Part shown: piece after piece, positions 18,898 through 29,337 of the stretch | How positions within the stretch are numbered: the first letter of the stretch is position 1 | Layout of the letters: each line of letters opens with the position of its first letter | Origin: Chloroflexota bacterium | GTDB lineage: Bacteria; Chloroflexota; Limnocylindria; P2-11E | Direction: 5' to 3' | DNA: 62,483 nucleotides | Assembly: GCA_005889075.1 (NCBI GenBank) | Contig: VBDQ01000033.1 | Location: 1,398-63,880, forward strand | Notes under the pieces: generated by a model | Told to the model about the DNA's origin: nothing | What the model saw: only the letters and a program-made list of their open reading frames with translations | Databases searched by the model: none | Translations under genes and position numbers: made by a program

Positions 18898-20885
18898 GCG
18901 TTCTTTCGGTACAGGCGGTCGCGAAGCGATTCGGCGAACGGCTCATCTTCAGCGACGTCTCGTTCCGGCTCGCGCACGGCGATCGGGTCGGCCTCGTGGG
19001 GCCTAACGGCGTGGGCAAGACGACGCTGCTCCGCATCGTCGCCGGCTTCGAGCCCGCAGACGCCGGCAACGTCGCGCTCGCGCGCGGGACGCGCATCGGG
19101 TTCCTGGAGCAGGAGCTGCTGGCCGATGCGCCGGGCGACGTGGAACAGCACGCCCGTGGCGCGGCTGCACACCTTCGCGAGCTCGAAGCCGAGATGCGTG
19201 CGCTCGAGCCCCGCCTCGGCGCGGGTGACGCTGAGCTGCTGGAGCGGTACGCCGACGTGCAGCACCGTTTCGAGCATGCGGGCGGGTATGACTTCGAGGC
19301 GACGCTCGGGCGCGTTCTTGGCGGGCTCGGTCTGGACGGCCTCTTGTCGCACGAGCTACGGACGCTCTCGGGCGGCGAACGCACGCGACTCGGTCTCGCG
19401 CGGTTGCTGCTCGACGACCCCGACCTGTTGTTGCTTGACGAGCCGACCAACCATCTCGACGTCGCAGCGCTCGAGTGGCTCGAGCGGTTCTTGATCGAGC
19501 AAGACGCGACGCTCCTTGTAACCAGTCACGACCGCTGGTTTCTCGATCGCGTCACCAGCCGCACGCTCTCGTTCGAACGTGGCTCGATCGTCGAATACCG
19601 CGGCGGCTATTCCTCCTATGCGCGGCAGCGCGCGGACCGTGACGCCGCGACTGCCAAGGCCGCGGCGAAGCAGACCGAAGAGATCGCGCGGACCGAGGAG
19701 TTCATACGCCGCTACGGCGCCGGGCAACGCTCGAAGGAGGCGCGCGGCCGCGCCAAGAAGCTCGCCCGGATCGAGCGGATCGAGGCGCCGGAACAGGTGG
19801 CGCGTCACGGCTGGCGCCTCGAGGCGGCGCATCTCGCTGGCGACACCGTTGTAGAGACCACGCCGCTCACGATCGGGTACGGTGCGCCCCTCGTCCGGAC
19901 CGGCTCGCTCCGGATCGGACGCGACGGGCGGGTAGCCGTCGTGGGTCCCAATGGCGCAGGGAAGACGACGCTCGTGCGCACGCTGGTCGGCGACCTCGCC
20001 CCACTCGACGGCTACATCCAGTCGGCGCCGACGGCGCGTGTCGCGTTCCTTGCGCAAGCGCAAAGCGAGCTGACCGGCAACGAGACCGTGCTGGACGCGA
20101 TGCGCAACGCGAGCCTGATGAACGAACAGGAGGCACGCGACCATCTGGCCCGCTTCCTTTTCCGCGGCGACGACGTTTTCAAAAGCGTCGGTGTGCTGTC
20201 CGGCGGCGAGCGTTCGCGTCTTGCCCTCGCCCGTCTCGCGGCGCGTCACGCGAATCTCCTCGTATTAGATGAACCGACGAATCATCTCGATCTTCTCGCT
20301 CGCGAGCAGCTCGAGGTAGTGCTCGCTGAGTTCGACGGAGCATTGCTGTTCGTAAGTCACGACCGGTACTTCATCGACAAGCTCGCGACCGAGATCTGGC
20401 CGATCGAAGCGGGGGTGTTGAAAAAATTTGAAGGAAACTGGACGGGCCTTCAGCGTCTGCGCGCTTCAGGAGCCGAGCTGCCGCTGCCGATGGTTGAGAC
20501 CGGAGGCGCCGCGGGTGACACGGCGCAGGGGTTCTCTCGCGAGCCGCGGGTCCTCCGGCCCGGCAGGACGGCGGCGAATACAACGAAGCGGGCCGGGCAG
20601 GGTGCGGCGAGCGAGAGGTCCCCGAAGCCGGGGCAGGACCCGCGGCGGCGAGCCTCGAGGCGCACGGCATCGGCGGCGCGCCGCGTCGAAGGCGCGCGGG
20701 CGCTGGAGGCCCGCATTCAAGCAATGGAGCTCCAGCTTCGTCAGCTAGAGGCGAAGGTCCAGGAGATCGCGCAGCGCGGCAATTACATGGAGACGCGGCG
20801 CGTGAGCGAGGAGTATGCGTCGCTCGAGAAGTCACTTCGGGACCTGTACGACGAGTGGAGCAAGGAGAGTGAGAAGAGCGAGTGA
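18894..20885 (+). CDS. ABC-F family ATP-binding protein
   Basis: Two ABC domains (GPNGVGKT, GPNGAGKT, LSGGE, LDEPTNHLD x2), no TM segments, C-terminal coiled coil. Confidence 0.93.
   Translation: MSVLSVQAVAKRFGERLIFSDVSFRLAHGDRVGLVGPNGVGKTTLLRIVAGFEPADAGNVALARGTRIGFLEQELLADAPGDVEQHARGAAAHLRELEAEMRALEPRLGAGDAELLERYADVQHRFEHAGGYDFEATLGRVLGGLGLDGLLSHELRTLSGGERTRLGLARLLLDDPDLLLLDEPTNHLDVAALEWLERFLIEQDATLLVTSHDRWFLDRVTSRTLSFERGSIVEYRGGYSSYARQRADRDAATAKAAAKQTEEIARTEEFIRRYGAGQRSKEARGRAKKLARIERIEAPEQVARHGWRLEAAHLAGDTVVETTPLTIGYGAPLVRTGSLRIGRDGRVAVVGPNGAGKTTLVRTLVGDLAPLDGYIQSAPTARVAFLAQAQSELTGNETVLDAMRNASLMNEQEARDHLARFLFRGDDVFKSVGVLSGGERSRLALARLAARHANLLVLDEPTNHLDLLAREQLEVVLAEFDGALLFVSHDRYFIDKLATEIWPIEAGVLKKFEGNWTGLQRLRASGAELPLPMVETGGAAGDTAQGFSREPRVLRPGRTAANTTKRAGQGAASERSPKPGQDPRRRASRRTASAARRVEGARALEARIQAMELQLRQLEAKVQEIAQRGNYMETRRVSEEYASLEKSLRDLYDEWSKESEKSE
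20503..20656 (+). repeat. Long palindromic element translated in frame in the ABC-F linker; related to 29151-29320
   Basis: Nested stems GAGGC/GCCTC, GCCGCGGGT/ACCCGCGGC, CGGC/GCCG, CTCTCGC/GCGAGAG, GCCGC/GCGGC, CCGGCCCG/CGGGCCGG. Confidence 0.7.
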
Positions 20886-21481
20886 GCGCATTCGTGGTCG
20901 GTCTTACGGGACAGATCGGGGCGGGAAAGTCGATGGTCGCCGGGATGCTGCGCGAGTTGGGCGCGAAGGTGCTCGACGCGGACGCGCTGGTGCGCGACGA
21001 GCAAGTGCGCGGGACGGTCGGCTACAGCGCCATCGTGCAGACCTTCGGCACGAAGGTGCTCGGAGAGGACAAGGAGATCGACCGGGCGAAGCTCGCGGAA
21101 GAAGTCTTCGGCGATCCGGCGAAGCTCCATCGCCTCGAGCGCATCCTGCATCCCCGAGTGATCGCGCGGGTCCTCGAGGCCCGGTCGATGCTGCCCGACG
21201 GAGCCGTGCTCGTCGTCGAGGCGATCAAGCTCCTCGACGGCGACCTTCGGAAGGCGTGCAACCAGATCTGGATCGTGGTGGCGCCGCGAAAGGTTCTCAT
21301 CGATCGCCTGGCCAAGCGGGGCATGCGACCAGGCGAAGTCGAGCTGCGGCTAGCGAATCAACTGAGCGAGGATCAATTCCGCGCCGCGGCCGACGTCGTC
21401 ATCGAGAACGACGGCGACCGCGACCGAACTCGCGAGCGCGTCCGCGACGCGTGGGACCGGCTTGCGGCAGCTAGCCGCTGA
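20882..21481 (+). CDS. coaE: Dephospho-CoA kinase
   Basis: VVGLTGQIGAGKS, DAD, IDRAKLA, LERILHP motifs; polA-mutM-coaE context. Confidence 0.93.
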   Translation: MSAFVVGLTGQIGAGKSMVAGMLRELGAKVLDADALVRDEQVRGTVGYSAIVQTFGTKVLGEDKEIDRAKLAEEVFGDPAKLHRLERILHPRVIARVLEARSMLPDGAVLVVEAIKLLDGDLRKACNQIWIVVAPRKVLIDRLAKRGMRPGEVELRLANQLSEDQFRAAADVVIENDGDRDRTRERVRDAWDRLAAASR

Positions 21482-22259
21482 TCTTCGTCGGGATGTGGAA
21501 CTTGAACTCTTGTGTGACCGTGTCGAAGCTCTGGCCGGCCGTACCCGTAGCGCGGTCGTCCTTTGGCGCGCGCAAGATCAGCTGCATCTGTCCACCGGCC
21601 GCCATGAGGTAGCCGATTCTCTCGGACATCGTGGCGTCCGTCCGGATCACGTAGACGCTCAGGTTGCGCGCGAGGATCGGCACGCGCTCGATAACCAGGC
21701 GAGCGCTGACGTCGGCGGTGTTCTTGGTGGGGCTGGGGTTGACGATGTACTTCCCGGGGTCGAAGTTCAGGGTGTAGAGAAGATCCACCGTGTCGCCCGC
21801 CTGGATGTTGCCACCCGCGGCGAGTGCGTCGGCCACGCTGATCGACATCGCTCGGTATTGCGGCGTGTTCGGCTGTATCGCTCCGTTCGCGCCGAGCGCC
21901 TCAATCGGGATCACCACGAACGCGGCGCCGTTCGCGCCGGCTAGCTTGCTCAAGAGGATCGGCTCTCCGACCGAGATCGTGGTGATCGTGATCTTGCCGA
22001 CCACCTGAGCAGGATCGGAGACCGCCGCGGGCGGGACGGCCTCGGAGTTGATCCGCACGAGCTTGAGGTCGGCCGAGGTGATCTGCGTCTTCGGTGGGAT
22101 CTCCCGCGCCGCGACGATGACGGCCGTCGTCGGGATGGGAGCCGGCGCCTCGGCCTTCGTTGTCTGGGCATAGAAGAACGTGAACATGCCGGCGATAGCG
22201 GCGAGCAAAACTCCAGCGATGAGCACGAGCCGGGCACGCCGGCGCGAACGATCTTCCAC
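21471..22259 (-). CDS. cpaB: Flp pilus assembly protein CpaB/RcpC-like (SAF domain)
   Basis: N-terminal TM, VIVAAREIP SAF domain, RAMSISV...GNIQAGDTVDL. GTG 22259 has SD GGAAGGA. Confidence 0.8.
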   Translation of the reverse strand: MEDRSRRRARLVLIAGVLLAAIAGMFTFFYAQTTKAEAPAPIPTTAVIVAAREIPPKTQITSADLKLVRINSEAVPPAAVSDPAQVVGKITITTISVGEPILLSKLAGANGAAFVVIPIEALGANGAIQPNTPQYRAMSISVADALAAGGNIQAGDTVDLLYTLNFDPGKYIVNPSPTKNTADVSARLVIERVPILARNLSVYVIRTDATMSERIGYLMAAGGQMQLILRAPKDDRATGTAGQSFDTVTQEFKFHIPTKISG

Positions 22260-22294
22260 TCTTTCCTTCCTCTGCGCGCAGTAGTCGGCCGCGA

Positions 22295-22303
22295 ACTGTA
22301 GCA
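22295..22303 (-). promoter_or_regulatory. Extended -10 (TGcTACAGT) upstream of cpaB
   Basis: TGn+TACAGT about 35 nt upstream of the start codon. Confidence 0.4.
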
Positions 22304-22381
22304 AGCCGTGACAACTGAACGGGAGTCATACCCGTGTTGATGCGCGACAATGGGACTAGGCGGTGACCCGCCATTGGTACC

Positions 22382-22400
22382 AGAACACCTGTTCTAGAAT
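22382..22400 (+). promoter_or_regulatory. LexA (SOS) box overlapping the uvrB -10 element
   Basis: AGAACACCTGTTCT (GAAC-N4-GTTC) at 22382-22395 overlaps TAGAAT 22395-22400, just upstream of uvrB. Confidence 0.82.
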
Positions 22401-22410
22401 GTGAGCTCGC

Positions 22411-24546
22411 ATGCCTTCTGGGGAGACGCTGCAGATCCCGCTCGATCGACCGACGGCGAAGGCGCCGTTTCGGCTCGCGTTGCCCTGGGATCTCGCAGGT
22501 GACCAACCGCACGCCTCCGCCGGCCTGCTCGACGCGCTGACCGCAGGCGAACGCCATGTAACGCTCCGCGGCGTCACCGGCTCCGGCAAGACCGTGACGA
22601 TGGCGAAGGTCATCGCCGAAGCCGGACGGCCGGCGCTCGTCCTCGCGCACAACAAGACCCTTGCCGCGCAGCTCTACGGGGAGTTCAAGGAGTTCTTCCC
22701 CGAAAACGCGGTCCAGTACTTCGTCTCCTATTACGACTACTACCAGCCCGAGGCGTACATCCCGCGGAGCGATGTCTACATCGAGAAGGACAGCTCCCGG
22801 AACGAAGAGATCGACAAGATGCGACATGCCGCGACGAGGTCGCTCTTCGAGCGCCGCGATGTCGTCATCGTCGCATCGGTCTCGTGCATCTACGGTCTCG
22901 GCGCGCCGGTCGACTACGGCGCGGTGACCGTTCGCCTGAACAAGGGCGAGCGGGTGCGGCGAGACACGGTCCTCCGGCATCTCGTCGATGTCCAGTACGA
23001 GCGCACCAACAGCGATCTGACGCGCGGCAAGTTCCGGGTCCGCGGCGACACCCTCGAGGTGCAGCCCGCATACGAGGACCTCGCGGTCCGGGTCGAGTTC
23101 TTCGGCGACGACGTCGAGAGGATCACCGAGCTCGATCCGCTCACGGGCGAGGTCCTCGCCGACCGTGATCGGATCGACATCTATCCCGCGCGCCACTTCG
23201 TGACACCGCGCGAGAAGTTGATGGAGGCGCTCAAGGACATCGAGGCGGAGCTGGTGGACCGCGTCGCCGAGCTCGAGAACGCCGGGCGGCTGCTCGAGGC
23301 GCAGCGGCTACGCCAACGGACGAATTTCGATCTCGAGATGCTCCGCGAGACCGGTACGTGCCACGGCGTCGAGAACTACTCGCGGCATCTTGCCCGGCGG
23401 CCTGCGGGGAGCCGGCCGTGGACCCTACTCGACTACTTCCCGCCGGACTTCCTCGCGTTCATCGACGAGTCGCACATCTCGCTGCCCCAGGTGCGTGGCA
23501 TGTACGGTGGCGACCGCTCACGGAAGGAGATCCTCGTCGAGTACGGCTTCCGGCTGCCGAGCGCGCTCGATAACCGCCCTCTGACGTTCGAGGAGTTCGA
23601 GCAGCGCCTTGATCAGGCGATCTATGTCTCGGCGACGCCGGGCCCGTACGAGATCGAGCACTCACCGAAGATCGTCGAACAGATCATCCGGCCGACCGGG
23701 CTGATCGACCCGGAGGTCGAGGTCCGCAAGACCGAGGGACAGATCGACGACCTGCTCGCCGAGATCAATATCCGCGTCGAGCGCGGGCAGCGGGCGATCG
23801 TCACCACGCTCACCAAGAAGATGGCGGAGGACCTCGCGGACTACCTCAGAGAGATGGGCGTCAAGGTCCACTACCTCCACTCGGAGATCGAAACGCTCGA
23901 GCGCGTCGAGATCCTGCGCGATCTACGGCTCGGCGTGTACGACGTCGTCGTCGGTGTGAACCTGCTGCGCGAGGGCATCGACCTTCCGGAAGTCACGCTG
24001 GTCGCGATCCTCGACGCGGACAAGGAGGGGTACCTCCGGTCGGAGGGCTCACTCATCCAGGTCATCGGGCGCGCCGCGCGCCACGTCGAGGGCCGCGTGA
24101 TCATGTACGCGGACCGCGTCACGGCGTCGATGCGCGCGGCGATCGACGAGACCGAGCGCCGCCGCGAGCTGCAGTTCGCCTACAACCTCGAGCACGGGAT
24201 CGAGCCGCAGACGATCGTGAAGGCCATCCGTGACATCGGCCTGAGGCTGCGCGACGTCGCCGGCGTCGAGGGTATCAACGAGAAGGCGCGCCGGCCGATC
24301 GCCGCCGGATCCCTGCCCAAGGACGAGCTCGTTCGCGTCATCAAGGATCTGGAATCGCAGATGAAGCAAGCCGCAAAAGAGCTCGAGTTCGAGCGGGCCG
24401 CGGCCCTTCGCGACGAGGTCGTCGAGCTGCGCGGAATCCTCGTGCTCGAGCAGGGGCCCGAGAGCCTCGACGCGGCCGCTGAGCCGGTGCGCACCACGAC
24501 CCGCGTGGTGCGCGCGGGCCAGCGCCGCCGCCGGCGCGGGCCCTAG
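22411..24546 (+). CDS. uvrB: Excinuclease ABC subunit B
   Basis: [33 protein letters not shown]-terminal UVR domain. Confidence 0.98.
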   Translation: MPSGETLQIPLDRPTAKAPFRLALPWDLAGDQPHASAGLLDALTAGERHVTLRGVTGSGKTVTMAKVIAEAGRPALVLAHNKTLAAQLYGEFKEFFPENAVQYFVSYYDYYQPEAYIPRSDVYIEKDSSRNEEIDKMRHAATRSLFERRDVVIVASVSCIYGLGAPVDYGAVTVRLNKGERVRRDTVLRHLVDVQYERTNSDLTRGKFRVRGDTLEVQPAYEDLAVRVEFFGDDVERITELDPLTGEVLADRDRIDIYPARHFVTPREKLMEALKDIEAELVDRVAELENAGRLLEAQRLRQRTNFDLEMLRETGTCHGVENYSRHLARRPAGSRPWTLLDYFPPDFLAFIDESHISLPQVRGMYGGDRSRKEILVEYGFRLPSALDNRPLTFEEFEQRLDQAIYVSATPGPYEIEHSPKIVEQIIRPTGLIDPEVEVRKTEGQIDDLLAEINIRVERGQRAIVTTLTKKMAEDLADYLREMGVKVHYLHSEIETLERVEILRDLRLGVYDVVVGVNLLREGIDLPEVTLVAILDADKEGYLRSEGSLIQVIGRAARHVEGRVIMYADRVTASMRAAIDETERRRELQFAYNLEHGIEPQTIVKAIRDIGLRLRDVAGVEGINEKARRPIAAGSLPKDELVRVIKDLESQMKQAAKELEFERAAALRDEVVELRGILVLEQGPESLDAAAEPVRTTTRVVRAGQRRRRRGP

Positions 24547-24554
24547 GCTAGGCC

Positions 24555-25262
24555 ATGCTGTTGGGCGTGCTGACCGCCCTCGCCGTGCTGGGCGGGATCG
24601 TCCTCCTCGTCGTGCTGTTCCTGCAGCGCGGTCGCGAGGGCATCGATCTCTCACTTGGCGGCTTGATGCGGGTCTACCTCTATCTGGCGTCGCTGGCGGG
24701 AGTCGTGGTCTTCGCCGTCGGGCTCGCGGGCGTCGTCGCGTACGTTCTGTCCGCGGCGTTCGGGCTGGAGGTCATCTACGGCGGTCCGCGCCCGCAGATC
24801 GAGCCCGCCTTCCCCGTTCAGGTCTGCCCGCCCGGCCAAACGTGCCCGCCGTTCCCTGGGCCGCCGGGCACGTTCGCGCCCGTGCCCGACGATCGGCTAC
24901 GTCAGCAGGGCGAGGACCTCGTCCGGGGCGTGACCTTCCTCGTCTTCGGCGGCATCTTCTGGGGCGCGCACTGGTGGGCGCGGCGTGCGCTCTCGCCGGC
25001 ACCGGAGCGCGAGAGCCTGCTCTTTCGCTCCTATTTGATCCTCGGGACCGCGATCTTTGGTATCGCGACGATTGCCTTGCTTCCGACGGGCATCTACCAG
25101 GCGCTCTCGTTCGCCGTGGTGAATGTGCCGGGGACGTTTCGCCAGGGTGCGGGTGAAGCGCTCGGCGGCGGTCTCGCCGCGCTCCCGATCTGGCTCATTT
25201 ACCTGTGGCTCGTTCAGCGCGTCCTTCGCGCTCCGGTAACGCGTCCCACGACGGTCGCCTGA
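24555..25262 (+). CDS. Hypothetical membrane protein (DUF5671-like)
   Basis: About 5 TM segments, YLYLASL and W..HW patterns; fills the uvrB-uvrA gap. Confidence 0.65.
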   Translation: MLLGVLTALAVLGGIVLLVVLFLQRGREGIDLSLGGLMRVYLYLASLAGVVVFAVGLAGVVAYVLSAAFGLEVIYGGPRPQIEPAFPVQVCPPGQTCPPFPGPPGTFAPVPDDRLRQQGEDLVRGVTFLVFGGIFWGAHWWARRALSPAPERESLLFRSYLILGTAIFGIATIALLPTGIYQALSFAVVNVPGTFRQGAGEALGGGLAALPIWLIYLWLVQRVLRAPVTRPTTVA

Positions 25263-28144
25263 TGCCGCTCGACCATATCCACGTCAAAGGCGCGAGGGAG
25301 CACAACCTCAAGAACATCGATGTCCGCATCCCACGCGACAAGATGGTCGTGATCACCGGTCTCTCGGGATCGGGAAAGTCCTCGCTCGCGTTCGACACGA
25401 TCTACGCGGAGGGCCAGCGTCGGTACGTCGAGTCGCTGTCGGCATATGCGCGCCAGTTCCTCGGCCAGATGGAGAAGCCCGACGTCGATTTCATCGAGGG
25501 TCTCTCTCCGGCGGTGTCGATCGACCAGAAGGGATCGACCCGCAACCCACGGTCGACCGTCGGGACCGTCACAGAGATCTACGACCACATGCGGCTGCTC
25601 TTCGCCCGCGTCGGCGTCCCGCACTGCCCGACGCACGGGATCCCGATCGTCGCGCAGACGGTGCAGGAGATCGTCGACCAGATCGGCGCGTTGCCCGAAG
25701 GCTCGCGCATCCTCGTGCTCGCCCCGCTCGTCCGCGACCGCAAGGGCGAGCACCAGCAGCTCTTCGCGACCGCGCGGCGCGGCGGGTTCGCGCGCGTGCG
25801 GGTCGACGGTATCGTTCGCGATCTCTCGGACGACATCACGCTCGACAAGATGAAAAAGCACAGCATCGAGGTCGTCGTGGACCGCCTTGTTGTGCGGCGC
25901 GGCGCCGAGGCGGAGTCGGAGCGGTCTCGACTGACGGACTCCGTCGAGACCGCCCTTCGGCTTGGTGAGGGGCTGGCACTTGTCGCGAGCGCCGAAGGGA
26001 AAGGCGAGGAGCGGCTCTTCTCGGAGCGGCTGGCGTGCCCGGAGGGCGACTTCTCGATCGGCGACATCGAGCCGCGCACGTTCTCGTTCAACTCGCCGCA
26101 CGGCGCCTGCCCTGCGTGCACCGGTCTTGGGACCAAGCTCGAGCCCGATCCCGATCTCGTTCTCGGTAACCCGGACATCTCACTGAGTCAGGGCGCGGTG
26201 CTGCCGTGGCAGAAGTCGAGCGGAACCGCGCAGTACCGCATGGCGATCCTCGAGGGGCTCTCGCGCAAGTTCAAGTTCTCGCTCGAGACGCCGGTCAAGG
26301 CGCTGTCGAAGAAGGCGATCGACGCGATCCTCAACGGGACCGAGGACGCGCTCAAGCTGACGTACGAGAACCGGAGTGGCCAGAAGCGCTCGTACGAGTA
26401 CGAATGGGAAGGCGTTCTCCCATGGCTCGACCGTCAGTATCGGGAGACGACCTCCGACTACATCCGCGCCGACATCGAGCGGTACATGAGCGAGCGGCCA
26501 TGCCCGACCTGCAAGGGCAAGCGCCTCAAGCCCGAAGCGCTCGCCGTGACGATCGGCGACCGGAGCATCGCAGAGGTGACCGCGCTCACCGTGAACGAGG
26601 TGCTCGACTGGGTGACCTCGCTCGAGCGAGAGCGCGGCGGGCTCGGCGTGCGCGAGCGCAGGATCGCCCGTCAGGTCCTCAAGGAGATCCGTACGCGTCT
26701 CGGCTTTCTCGTCGACGTGGGGCTCGACTACCTGACAGTCGACCGATCGGCGACGACACTTTCCGGTGGAGAAGCGCAGCGGATCCGGCTCGCTACACAG
26801 ATCGGTTCAGGCCTGATGGGGGTGCTCTACATCCTCGACGAACCCTCGATCGGCCTGCACCAGCGGGACAACGCCCGGCTCATCCGCACCCTGCTCGGGA
26901 TGCGCGATCTGGGGAACACCATCCTTGTCGTCGAGCACGACGAGGAGACCATCCGCACCGCCGACTGGATCGTCGACATCGGTCCTGGAGCAGGGGAGCA
27001 TGGCGGCGAGGTCGTCGCCGAGGGCACGATCGACGACATTCTTCGGGAGCCGCGATCGATCACCGGCGCTTATCTCTCGGGGCGGCGGCGCATCCCGGTA
27101 CCGACGCGCCGGCGCAAGCCCAAGCCCGAAGCGATCATCGTGCGGGGGGCGCGCGAGCACAACCTCAAGGACATCGACGTCCGGATCCCGCTCGGTCTCT
27201 TCATCGCGATCACGGGCGTGTCGGGCTCGGGGAAGAGCACGCTCGTCAACGAGATCCTCTACCGGCGGCTCGCGCAGATCATCTCGCGAGCGAAAGAGCG
27301 TCCAGGCGATCACGACCGCATCGATGGAGTCGAGAACATCGACAAAGTCATCGACATCGATCAGTCGCCAATCGGCCGGACGCCGCGATCGAATCCCGCC
27401 ACCTACACCGGGCTCTTCACGCCGATCCGCGAGCTGTTCGCGGCTGTCCCCGAGGCGCGCCTGCGCGGCTACACCGCGGGCCGCTTCTCCTTCAACGTGA
27501 AGGGTGGACGCTGCGAGGCGTGCGCCGGCGACGGGATCATCAAGATCGAGATGCAGTTCCTTCCAGATGTCTACGTACCGTGTGAGGTCTGCGGCGGCAA
27601 GCGATACAACCGCGAGGCGCTCGAGATCCACTACAAAGGCAAGAGCATCGCCGACGTCCTGGAGATGACCGTCGAGGAGGCGTTCGCGTTCTTTACCAAC
27701 GTCCCGGCCTGCGAGCAGAAGCTGCGCACGCTGAACGACGTCGGACTCGGCTATATCCACCTGGGACAGCCCGCGACGACGCTCTCAGGTGGCGAGGCGC
27801 AGCGCATCAAGCTCGCGACTGAGCTTTCCCGCCGCGCGACGGGGAAGACCCTCTACATCCTCGACGAGCCGACGACCGGTCTGCACTTCGCGGACGTGGA
27901 GCGGCTCCTCGACGTGCTCCATCGTCTCGTGGATGCGGGAAACACGGTCGTCGTGATCGAGCACAACCTTGACGTCGTGAAGACGGCCGATCACGTGATC
28001 GATCTCGGTCCTGAAGGCGGCAAGGCCGGCGGCGAGGTCATCGCCGAGGGCACGCCCGAAGCGGTCGCTCGTGTGCGCCGCTCCTTTACGGGCCGGTACC
28101 TTCGGGACCTTCTCGCGACCGGGGAGGTGCGCGGCATCGCCTGA
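25262..28144 (+). CDS. uvrA: Excinuclease ABC subunit A
   Basis: [31 protein letters not shown], two ABC domains, zinc fingers. Confidence 0.98.
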   Translation: MPLDHIHVKGAREHNLKNIDVRIPRDKMVVITGLSGSGKSSLAFDTIYAEGQRRYVESLSAYARQFLGQMEKPDVDFIEGLSPAVSIDQKGSTRNPRSTVGTVTEIYDHMRLLFARVGVPHCPTHGIPIVAQTVQEIVDQIGALPEGSRILVLAPLVRDRKGEHQQLFATARRGGFARVRVDGIVRDLSDDITLDKMKKHSIEVVVDRLVVRRGAEAESERSRLTDSVETALRLGEGLALVASAEGKGEERLFSERLACPEGDFSIGDIEPRTFSFNSPHGACPACTGLGTKLEPDPDLVLGNPDISLSQGAVLPWQKSSGTAQYRMAILEGLSRKFKFSLETPVKALSKKAIDAILNGTEDALKLTYENRSGQKRSYEYEWEGVLPWLDRQYRETTSDYIRADIERYMSERPCPTCKGKRLKPEALAVTIGDRSIAEVTALTVNEVLDWVTSLERERGGLGVRERRIARQVLKEIRTRLGFLVDVGLDYLTVDRSATTLSGGEAQRIRLATQIGSGLMGVLYILDEPSIGLHQRDNARLIRTLLGMRDLGNTILVVEHDEETIRTADWIVDIGPGAGEHGGEVVAEGTIDDILREPRSITGAYLSGRRRIPVPTRRRKPKPEAIIVRGAREHNLKDIDVRIPLGLFIAITGVSGSGKSTLVNEILYRRLAQIISRAKERPGDHDRIDGVENIDKVIDIDQSPIGRTPRSNPATYTGLFTPIRELFAAVPEARLRGYTAGRFSFNVKGGRCEACAGDGIIKIEMQFLPDVYVPCEVCGGKRYNREALEIHYKGKSIADVLEMTVEEAFAFFTNVPACEQKLRTLNDVGLGYIHLGQPATTLSGGEAQRIKLATELSRRATGKTLYILDEPTTGLHFADVERLLDVLHRLVDAGNTVVVIEHNLDVVKTADHVIDLGPEGGKAGGEVIAEGTPEAVARVRRSFTGRYLRDLLATGEVRGIA

Positions 28145-28172
28145 AGCGGGCGGCGTCTAGCATCCTTGGCGC

Positions 28173-29153
28173 GTGACCGACCTGCCCTTCAGCCCGATCG
28201 ACATCGTTGTGTTGGCGCTCGTCGGATTCGCGGCCTGGAGCGGATACCGCGCCGGCTTCGTCGCGACGAGCTACAGCCTCGCCTCGTGGATCCTCGCGGC
28301 CGCGGCGGCGATCGCCTTCGAAGGTCCTGTAGCGAAGGCGCTGGACGTCTTCGTCCGGCTGCCCAAGCAGCTCGAAACGACGATCGCTTTCGTCGGGATC
28401 ATCGCGGTCGTTGAGATGCTTTTTGCCGCGACGGGGTACGCGGCTGTCCGTCCGATCGTCGCCGCGCTCCGTAAGAGCTCGCTCAACCTCATCGACCGCA
28501 CCCTCGGCATCATCCCTTCGGTCGGGCGCACGTTCTTCATCGTCGCGGTTCTCGTCCTTGCGATCGAGGCGCTCCCGGTCTCGAGCGAGATCAAGGCCGC
28601 GGTCGAGGACAGCCGAACCGCGCGCATCGTCAATGACCAGGTCCAGACCTATCAGCCCCAGATCGCCGCGTTCACCAGCCAGCTCGGAGGCGGACCGCTT
28701 CTCGTCACGAAGCTCGGCGAGGAGGACACCGAAAAGCTCGACCTCCCCGACGGGCTCTCGCTCTCGACCGATGCCGTCGCGGAGGGCGAGCTTTTCGGTC
28801 TGGTCAATCAGGAACGCGCGCAGCGCGGGCTCGCCGCGCTCGTGTGGGACGACGGTCTCGTGCCGGTCGCGCGCGCTCACTCGGAAGAGATGTTCAAGCT
28901 CAAGTACTTCGGACATCAGTCACCGGTCTCCGGATCGCCGTTCGATCGCTTGAAGGCGGCCGGCATCACCTACACCAGAGCCGGCGAGAACCTCGCGTAC
29001 GCGCAGTCCGTCGCGGTCGCTCACCGTGCGCTCATGGATTCACCGGGACATCGCGAGAACATCCTCCGACCCGAATTCACTCGGATCGGGATCGGAGTCA
29101 TTAACGCGGGGGCATACGGCCGTATGGTGACTCAGCTCTTCATTACCCCTTGA
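28173..29153 (+). CDS. CvpA-family membrane domain fused to a CAP (SCP) domain
   Basis: IDIVVLAL...GYRAGF and DRTLG (CvpA); LVNQER, HSEEM, YFGH, GENLA, SPGHRENIL (CAP). Confidence 0.85.
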   Translation: MTDLPFSPIDIVVLALVGFAAWSGYRAGFVATSYSLASWILAAAAAIAFEGPVAKALDVFVRLPKQLETTIAFVGIIAVVEMLFAATGYAAVRPIVAALRKSSLNLIDRTLGIIPSVGRTFFIVAVLVLAIEALPVSSEIKAAVEDSRTARIVNDQVQTYQPQIAAFTSQLGGGPLLVTKLGEEDTEKLDLPDGLSLSTDAVAEGELFGLVNQERAQRGLAALVWDDGLVPVARAHSEEMFKLKYFGHQSPVSGSPFDRLKAAGITYTRAGENLAYAQSVAVAHRALMDSPGHRENILRPEFTRIGIGVINAGAYGRMVTQLFITP

Positions 29154-29320
29154 CTCCCGCTGCGGCCGCGGTGGGTCCTGTCCCGGGTTCGGGGTTGCGC
29201 CCGAGCCTGCCGGTCCGCTCCCCACCACATGCATGAAACGCGCGGCGGCGCGGCCGGCCGACGGCTCGTACGCAACCCGCTCACCCGTGCCACCCACCGC
29301 GGCCGTGCGTCAGCGAGTCA
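29151..29320 (-). ncRNA. Predicted 170-nt rod-shaped structured element (candidate ncRNA or mobile palindromic element)
   Basis: TGACTC/GAGTCA ends, 13-bp CGGCCGCGGTGGG/CCCACCGCGGCCG stem, further stems. The apical stem uses three G-U pairs only on the minus strand. Confidence 0.6.
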
Positions 29321-29337
29321 CCTACTCTCTGGAGGAT

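Noticed and set aside
22260-22375. Riboswitch upstream of cpaB
   Set aside because: Only two short hairpins, upstream of the predicted -10; no recognisable aptamer consensus.
29233-29337. N-terminal extension of the MFS ORF
   Set aside because: Overlaps the structured element and is not MFS-like; a downstream start with a -10-like hexamer fits better.
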